This document shows, piece by piece, positions 55,901 through 64,000 of a stretch of 64,000 bases of DNA. This stretch comes from the human T2T-CHM13v2.0 reference genome, Homo sapiens: NCBI RefSeq assembly GCF_009914755.1, contig NC_060938.1; one strand, given 5' to 3'. The position numbers and the translations under genes were made by a program. The notes under the pieces are model-generated. The model had not been told where the DNA came from. It saw nothing but the letters and a program-made list of their open reading frames with translations, and did not search any database. Each line of letters opens with the position of its first letter. The first letter of the stretch is position 1.

Positions 55901-58400
55901 GGGAATATTCAACTCTGTGACTTGAATGCACATATCACAAGGAAGTTTCTGAGAATGCTTCTGTCGAGATTTTATATGAAGATATTCCCGTTTCCAACGA
56001 AATCCTGAAATCTATCCAAATATCCCCTTGCAGATTCTACAAAAAGAGTGTTTCAAAACTGCTCTGTAAAAAGAAAGGTTCAACTCTGTTAGTTGAGTAC
56101 ACACATCACAAACAAGTTTCACACAATGCTTCTTTCTAGCTTGTAGGGGAAGATATTCCCTTTATCACCATGGGCCTCAAACCGTCCGATAAGTCCACTT
56201 CCATATACTACAAAAAGAGCGTTTCAAACCTGCTCTATGAAAGGCAATGTTCAACTCTGTGACTTGAATGCAGACATCACAGAGCAGTTTCTGAGAATGC
56301 TTCTGTCTAGATTTTATAGGAAGATATTCCCGTTTCCAACGAAATCTTCACAGCTATCCAAATATCCACTTGCAGATTCTACAAAAAGAGTGTATCAAAA
56401 CTGCTCTGTCAAAAGGAAGGTTCTTTTCTGTTAGGTGAGTGCATACGTCATAAAGGAGTTTCTGAGAATGTTTCTGTCTAGTGGTTATGGGAAGATATTT
56501 GCTTTTTCACCGTAGGCCTCAGAGCGCTCCAAATATCCACTTGCACATACTACAAAAAGAGTGCCTCAAAGCTGCTCTCTGAAACGGAATGTTCAACTCT
56601 ATGAGTTGAATGCAAACATCGCAAAGACGTTTCTGAGAATGCTTCTGTCTAGATTTGATATGAAGATATTCCCGTTTCCAACGAAATCTTCAAATCTATC
56701 CAAATGTCCACTTGCAGATTCAACAAAAAGTGTTTTTCAGAACTGCTCTATCAAAAGAAAGATCCACCTCTGTTAGCTGAGTTCACACATCACAAACAAG
56801 TTTATGAGAATGCTTCTGTCTAGTTTTTATTTGAAGATATTTCCTTTCTCACCATAGAGCTGAAAGCTGTCCTAATGTTCACTTCCAGATACTACAGAAA
56901 GAGTGTTTCAAAACTGCTGTACGAAAAGGAATGTTCAACTCTGTGACTTGAATGCACACATCACAAAGAAGTTTCTGAGGATGCTGCTGTCTACTTTTTA
57001 TACGTAATCCCGTTTCCAACGAAATCCTCCAAGCTATCCAAATATCCACTTGCAGATTCCACAGAAAGACTGTTTCAAAACTGCTCTGTCAATAGAAAGG
57101 TTCAACTCTGTTAGCTGCGTGCATATATCCCAAAGAAGATTCTGAGATTGCTTCTGTCTAGTTTTTATGGGAAGATATTTCCCTTTTCACCGTAGGTGTC
57201 AAGGCGCTCCAAATGTCCACTTCCAGATACTACAAAAAGAGTGTTTCAAACCTACTCTGTGAAAGGGAATATTCAACTCTGTGACTTGAATGCACATATC
57301 ACAAAGAAGTTTCTGAGAATGCTTCTGTCGAGATTTTATATGAAGATATTCCCGTTTCCAACGAAATGCTGAAATCTATCCAAATATCCCCTCGCAGATT
57401 CTACAAAAAGAGTGTTTCAAAACTGCTCTGTGAAAAGAAAGGTTCAACTCTGTTAGTTGAGTACACACATCACAAACAAGTTTCACAGAATGCTTCTTTC
57501 TAGCTTGTAGGGGAAGATATTCCCTTTATCACCATGGGCCTCCAACCGTCCGAAACATCCACTTCCATATACTACAAAAAGAGCGTTTCAAACCTGCTCT
57601 ATGAAAGGCAATGTTCAACTCTGTGACTTGAATGCAGACATCACAGAGCAGTTTCTGAGAATGCTTCTGTCTAGATTTTATAGGAAGATATTCCCGTTTC
57701 CAACGAAATCTTCACAGCTATCCAAATATCCACTTGCAGATTCTACAAAAAGAGTGTATCAAAACTGCTCTGTCAAAAGGAAGGTTCTTCTCTGTTAGGT
57801 GAGTGCATACGTCATAAAGGAGTTTCTGAGAATGTTTCTGTCTAGTGGTTATGGGAAGATATTTGCTTTTTCACCGTAGGCCTCAGAGCGCTCCAAATAT
57901 CCACTTGCACATACTACAAAAAGAGTGCTTCAAAGCTGCTCTCTGAAACGGAATGTTCAACTCTATGAGTTGAATGCAAACATCACAAAGACGTTTCTGA
58001 GAATGCTTCTGTCTAGATTTGATATGAAGATATTCCCGTTTCCAACGAAATCTTCAAATCTATCCAAATGTCCACTTGCAGATTCAACAAAAAGTGTTTT
58101 TCAGAACTGCTCTATCAAAAGAAAGATCCACCTCTGTTAGCTGAGTTCACACATCACAAACAAGTTTATGAGAATGCTTCTGTCTAGTTTTTATTTGAAG
58201 ATATTTCCTTTCTCACCATAGAGCTGAAAGCTGTCCTAATGTTCACTTCCAGATACTACAGAAAGAGTGTTTCAAAACTGCTGTACGAAAGGGAATGTTC
58301 AACTCTGTGACTTGAATGCACACATCACAAAGAAGTTTCTGAGGATGCTGCTGTCTACTTTTTATACGTAATCCCGTTTCCAACGAAATCCTCCAAGCTA
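43987..58400. repeat. Second 3-HOR super-repeat domain (period 4092 bp) with its own markers
   Basis: Marker pairs 44835/48927, 45888/49980, 50556/54648 and 52835/56927, each 4092 bp apart. Confidence 0.85.
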
Positions 58401-61400
58401 TCCAAATATCCACTTGCAGATTCCACAGAAAGACTGTTTCAAAACTGCTCTGTCAATAGAAAGGTTCAACTCTGTTAGCTGCGTGCATATATCCCAAAGA
58501 AGATTCTGAGATTGCTTCTGTCTAGTTTTTATGGGAAGATATTTCCCTTTTCACCGTAGGTGTCAAGGCGCTCCAAATGTCCACTTCCAGATACTACAAA
58601 AAGAGTGTTTCAAACCTACTCTGTGAAAGGGAATATTCAACTCTGTGACTTGAATGCACATATCACAAAGAAGTTTCTGAGAATGCTTCTGTCGAGATTT
58701 TATATGAAGATATTCCCGTTTCCAACGAAATGCTGAAATCTATCCAAATATCCCCTCGCAGATTCTACAAAAAGAGTGTTTCAAAACTGCTCTGTGAAAA
58801 GAAAGGTTCAACTCTGTTAGTTGAGTACACACATCACAAACAAGTTTCACAGAATGCTTCTTTCTAGCTTGTAGGGGAAGATATTCCCTTTATCACCATG
58901 GGCCTCCAACCGTCCGAAACATCCACTTCCATATACTACAAAAAGAGCGTTTCAAACCTGCTCTATGAAAGGCAATGTTCAACTCTGTGACTTGAATGCA
59001 GACATCACAGAGCAGTTTCTGAGAATGCTTCTGTCTAGATTTTATAGGAAGATATTCCCGTTTCCAACGAAATCTTCACAGCTATCCAAATATCCACTTG
59101 CAGATTCTACAAAAAGAGTGTATCAAAACTGCTCTGTCAAAAGGAAGGTTCTTCTCTGTTAGGTGAGTGCATACGTCATAAAGGAGTTTCTGAGAATGTT
59201 TCTGTCTAGTGGTTATGGGAAGATATTTGCTTTTTCACCGTAGGCCTCAGAGCGCTCCAAATATCCACTTGCACATACTACAAAAAGAGTGCTTCAAAGC
59301 TGCTCTCTGAAACGGAATGTTCAACTCTATGAGTTGAATGCAAACATCACAAAGACGTTTCTGAGAATGCTTCTGTCTAGATTTGATATGAAGATATTCC
59401 CGTTTCCAACGAAATCTTCAAATCTATCCAAATGTCCACTTGCAGATTCAACAAAAAGTGTTTTTCAGAACTGCTCTATCAAAAGAAAGATCCACCTCTG
59501 TTAGCTGAGTTCACACATCACAAACAAGTTTATGAGAATGCTTCTGTCTAGTTTTTATTTGAAGATATTTCCTTTCTCACCATAGAGCTGAAAGCTGTCC
59601 TAATGTTCACTTCCAGATACTACAGAAAGAGTGTTTCAAAACTGCTGTACGAAAGGGAATGTTCAACTCTGTGACTTGAATGCACACATCACAAAGAAGT
59701 TTCTGAGGATGCTGCTGTCTACTTTTTATACGTAATCCCGTTTCCAACGAAATCCTCCAAGCTATCCAAATATCCACTTGCAGATTCCACAGAAAGACTG
59801 TTTCAAAACTGCTCTGTCAATAGAAAGGTTCAACTCTGTTAGCTGCGTGCATATATCCCAAAGAAGATTCTGAGATTGCTTCTGTCTAGTTTTTATGGGA
59901 AGATATTTCCCTTTTCACCGTAGGCGTCAAGGCGCTCCAAATGTCCACTTCCAGATACTACAAAAAGAGTGTTTCAAACCTACTCTGTGAAAGGAAATAT
60001 TCAACTCTGTGACTTGAATGCACATATCACAAGGAAGTTTCTGAGAATGCTTCTGTCGAGATTTTATATGAAGATATTCCCGTTTCCAACGAAATCCTGA
60101 AATCTATCCAAATATCCCCTTGCAGATTCTACAAAAAGAGTGTTTCAAAACTGCTCTGTAAAAAGAAAGGTTCAACTCTGTTAGTTGAGTACACACATCA
60201 CAAACAAGTTTCACACAATGCTTCTTTCTAGCTTGTAGGGGAAGATATTCCCTTTATCACCATGGGCCTCAAACCGTCCGATAAGTCCACTTCTATATAC
60301 TACAAAAAGAGCGTTTCAAACCTGCTCTATGAAAGGCAATGTTCAACTCTGTGACTTGAATGCAGACATCACAGAGCAGTTTCTGAGAATGCTTCTGTCT
60401 AGATTTTATAGGAAGATATTCCCGTTTCCAACGAAATCTTCACAGCTATCCAAATATCCACTTGCAGATTCTACAAAAAGAGTGTATCAAAACTGCTCTG
60501 TCAAAAGGAAGGTTCTTTTCTGTTAGGTGAGTGCATACGTCATAAAGGAGTTTCTGAGAATGTTTCTGTCTAGTGGTTATGGGAAGATATTTGCTTTTTC
60601 ACCGTAGGCCTCAGAGCGCTCCAAATATCCACTTGCACATACTACAAAAAGAGTGCCTCAAAGCTGCTCTCTGAAATGGAATGTTCAACTCTATGAGTTG
60701 AATGCAAACATCGCAAAGACGTTTCTGAGAATGCTTCTGTCTAGATTTGATATGAAGATATTCCCGTTTCCAACGAAATCTTCAAATCTATCCAAATGTC
60801 CACTTGCAGATTCAACAAAAAGTGTTTTTCAGAACTGCTCTATCAAAAGAAAGATCCACCTCTGTTAGCTGAGTTCACACATCACAAACAAGTTTATGAG
60901 AATGCTTCTGTCTAGTTTTTATTTGAAGATATTTCCTTTCTCACCATAGAGCTGAAAGCTGTCCTAATGTTCACTTCCAGATACTACAGAAAGAGTGTTT
61001 CAAAACTGCTGTACGAAAGGGAATGTTCAACTCTGTGACTTGAATGCACACATCACAAAGAAGTTTCTGAGGATGCTGCTGTCTACTTTTTATACGTAAT
61101 CCCGTTTCCAACGAAATCCTCCAAGCTATCCAAATATCCACTTGCAGATTCCACAGAAAGACTGTTTCAAAACTGCTCTGTCAATAGAAAGGTTCAACTC
61201 TGTTAGCTGCATGCATATATCCCAAAGAAGATTCTGAGATTGCTTCTGTCTAGTTTTTATGGGAAGATATTTCCCTTTTCACCGTAGGCGTCAAGGCGCT
61301 CCAAATGTCCACTTCCAGATACTACAAAAAGAGTGTTTCAAACCTACTCTGTGAAAGGGAATATTCAACTCTGTGACTTGAATGCACATATCACAAGGAA

Positions 61401-64000
61401 GTTTCTGAGAATGCTTCTGTCGAGATTTTATATGAAGATATTCCCGTTTCCAACGAAATGCTGAAATCTATCCAAATATCCCCTCGCAGATTCTACAAAA
61501 AGAGTGTTTCAAAACTGCTCTGTAAAAAGAAAGGTTCAACTCTGTTAGTTGAGTACACACATCACAAACATGTTTCACACAATGCTTCTTTCTAGCTTGT
61601 AGGGGAAGATATTCCCTTTATCACCATGGGCCTCAAACCGTCCGATAAGTCCACTTCCATATACTACAAAAAGAGCGTTTCAAACCTGCTCTATGAAAGG
61701 CAATGTTCAACTCTGTGACTTGAATGCAGACATCACAGAGCAGTTTCTGAGAATGCTTCTGTCTAGATTTTATAGGAAGATATTCCCGTTTCCAACGAAA
61801 TCTTCACAGCTATCCAAATATCCACTTGCAGATTCTACAAAAAGAGTGTATCAAAACTGCTCTGTCAAAAGGAAGGTTCTTTTCTGTTAGGTGAGTGCAT
61901 ACGTCATAAAGGAGTTTCTGAGAATGTTTCTGTCTAGTGGTTATGGGAAGATATTTGCTTTTTCACCGTAGGCCTCAGAGCGCTCCAAATATCCACTTGC
62001 ACATACTACAAAAAGAGTGCCTCAAAGCTGCTCTCTGAAACGGAATGTTCAACTCTATGAGTTGAATGCAAACATCGCAAAGACGTTTCTGAGAATGCTT
62101 CTGTCTAGATTTGATATGAAGATATTCCCGTTTCCAACGAAATCTTCAAATCTATCCAAATGTCCACTTGCAGATTCAACAAAAAGTGTTTTTCAGAACT
62201 GCTCTATCAAAAGAAAGATCCACCTCTGTTAGCTGAGTTCACACATCACAAACAAGTTTATGAGAATGCTTCTGTCTAGTTTTTATTTGAAGATATTTCC
62301 TTTCTCACCATAGAGCTGAAAGCTGTCCTAATGTTCACTTCCAGATACTACAGAAAGAGTGTTTCAAAACTGCTGTACGAAAGGGAATGTTCAACTCTGT
62401 GACTTGAATGCACACATCACAAAGAAGTTTCTGAGGATGCTGCTGTCTACTTTTTATACGTAATCCCGTTTCCAACGAAATCCTCCAAGCTATCCAAATA
62501 TCCACTTGCAGATTCCACAGAAAGACTGTTTCAAAACTGCTCTGTCAATAGAAAGGTTCAACTCTGTTAGCTGCATGCATATATCCCAAAGAAGATTCTG
62601 AGATTGCTTCTGTCTAGTTTTTATGGGAAGATATTTCCCTTTTCACCGTAGGCGTCAAGGCGCTCCAAATGTCCACTTCCAGATACTACAAAAAGAGTGT
62701 TTCAAACCTACTCTGTGAAAGGGAATATTCAACTCTGTGACTTGAATGCACATATCACAAGGAAGTTTCTGAGAATGCTTCTGTCGAGATTTTATATGAA
62801 GATATTCCCGTTTCCAACGAAATCCTGAAATCTATCCAAATATCCCCTTGCAGATTCTACAAAAAGAGTGTTTCAAAACTGCTCTGTAAAAAGAAAGGTT
62901 CAACTCTGTTAGTTGAGTACACACATCACAAACAAGTTTCACACAATGCTTCTTTCTAGCTTGTAGGGGAAGATATTCCCTTTATCACCATGGGCCTCAA
63001 ACCGTCCGATAAGTCCACTTCCATATACTACAAAAAGAGCGTTTCAAACCTGCTCTATGAAAGGCAATGTTCAACTCTGTGACTTGAATGCAGACATCAC
63101 AGAGCAGTTTCTGAGAATGCTTCTGTCTAGATTTTATAGGAAGATATTCCCGTTTCCAACGAAATCTTCACAGCTATCCAAATATCCACTTGCAGATTCT
63201 ACAAAAAGAGTGTATCAAAACTGCTCTGTCAAAAGGAAGGTTCTTTTCTGTTAGGTGAGTGCATACGTCATAAAGGAGTTTCTGAGAATGTTTCTGTCTA
63301 GTGGTTATGGGAAGATATTTGCTTTTTCACCGTAGGCCTCAGAGCGCTCCAAATATCCACTTGCACATACTACAAAAAGAGTGCCTCAAAGCTGCTCTCT
63401 GAAACGGAATGTTCAACTCTATGAGTTGAATGCAAACATCGCAAAGACGTTTCTGAGAATGCTTCTGTCTAGATTTGATATGAAGATATTCCCGTTTCCA
63501 ACGAAATCTTCAAATCTATCCAAATGTCCACTTGCAGATTCAACAAAAAGTGTTTTTCAGAACTGCTCTATCAAAAGAAAGATCCACCTCTGTTAGCTGA
63601 GTTCACACATCACAAACAAGTTTATGAGAATGCTTCTGTCTAGTTTTTATTTGAAGATATTTCCTTTCTCACCATAGAGCTGAAAGCTGTCCTAATGTTC
63701 ACTTCCAGATACTACAGAAAGAGTGTTTCAAAACTGCTGTACGAAAGGGAATGTTCAACTCTGTGACTTGAATGCACACATCACAAAGAAGTTTCTGAGG
63801 ATGCTGCTGTCTACTTTTTATACGTAATCCCGTTTCCAACGAAATCCTCCAAGCTATCCAAATATCCACTTGCAGATTCCACAGAAAGACTGTTTCAAAA
63901 CTGCTCTGTCAATAGAAAGGTTCAACTCTGTTAGCTGCATGCATATATCCCAAAGAAGATTCTGAGATTGCTTCTGTCTAGTTTTTATGGGAAGATATTT

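Larger units (their letters stand above)
1..64000 (-). repeat. Centromeric alpha-satellite HOR array, 8-mer (1364 bp), about 46.7 units, near-identical copies; structure typical of an active-type array
   Basis: About 171-bp AT-rich monomers with typical alphoid motifs (CATTCTCAGAAACT and GAGTTGAAC on the minus strand). Exact 1364-bp periodicity (e.g. ORF starts 299, 1663, 3027 ... 39855, then a +338 shift). Units differ only by scattered SNVs. Confidence 0.99.
1..64000 (-). other. Tentative family assignment: SF2 dimeric alpha satellite, most similar to the human chr14/22 8-mer (D14Z9/D22Z1, alphaXT)
   Basis: Dimeric box/no-box alternation, 8-mer of 1.36 kb, XbaI sites (44-49, 386-391) and one TaqI site (1066-1069) per unit, no EcoRI site seen. 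The assignment is from recall, not from a database search. Other SF2 8-mers (chr18, chr20) are not formally excluded, and chr14 cannot be told from chr22 here. Confidence 0.65.

Noticed and set aside
299-63596. Recurrent 65-aa and 71-aa plus-strand ORFs (MKGNVQLC..., MPQSCSLK...)
   Set aside because: These are chance reading frames of alpha-satellite monomers, repeated only because the HOR repeats. There is no recognisable domain or gene context, the 71-aa frame starts at GTG, and one 65-aa start is lost by a SNV at 49419.
1-64000. CRISPR-like array (constant 17-mer recurring with intervening sequence)
   Set aside because: The constant motif is the CENP-B box. The intervening 321-325 bp segments are homologous repeats rather than unique spacers, and there are no cas genes.
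1-64000. Transposon insertion, inversion or non-alphoid island
   Set aside because: The 1364-bp phase is kept across the window except for the single +338 bp shift, and all boxes are on the same strand. No poly-A tail, target-site duplication or foreign sequence was seen.
1-64000. Claim that this window is the functional kinetochore site or a transcribed cenRNA locus
   Set aside because: This cannot be determined from sequence. It needs CENP-A, methylation or RNA data.

Overview
The whole 64-kb window is a single uninterrupted, uniformly oriented primate (most likely human) centromeric alpha-satellite array. It is a highly homogeneous 8-monomer higher-order repeat (HOR) of 1364 bp with dimeric A/B organisation: a CENP-B box (TTTCGTTGGAAACGGGA, on the minus strand) in every second monomer and a pJalpha-like motif in the alternate ones. 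This fits suprachromosomal family 2, tentatively the chr14/22 D14Z9/D22Z1 8-mer. There are 46 full units plus a partial 47th. No protein-coding gene, RNA gene, transposon or CRISPR array is supported, and all ORFs in the track are satellite artefacts. I found no new gene system. The interesting structure is in the variants. (1) One 10-mer structural variant (338-bp dimer duplication at about 40.25-40.93 kb) joins two different HOR haplotypes and has private mutations flanking the junction. (2) Two interspersed HOR haplotypes (X/Y) form XY and XYY super-repeats. (3) Nested 4-HOR and 3-HOR tandem block duplications can be traced by rare SNVs. (4) Several intra-HOR crossover or conversion tracts are visible. 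(5) The marker set and singleton density change across the 10-mer. All SNV calls were read by eye, so some variants may have been missed.
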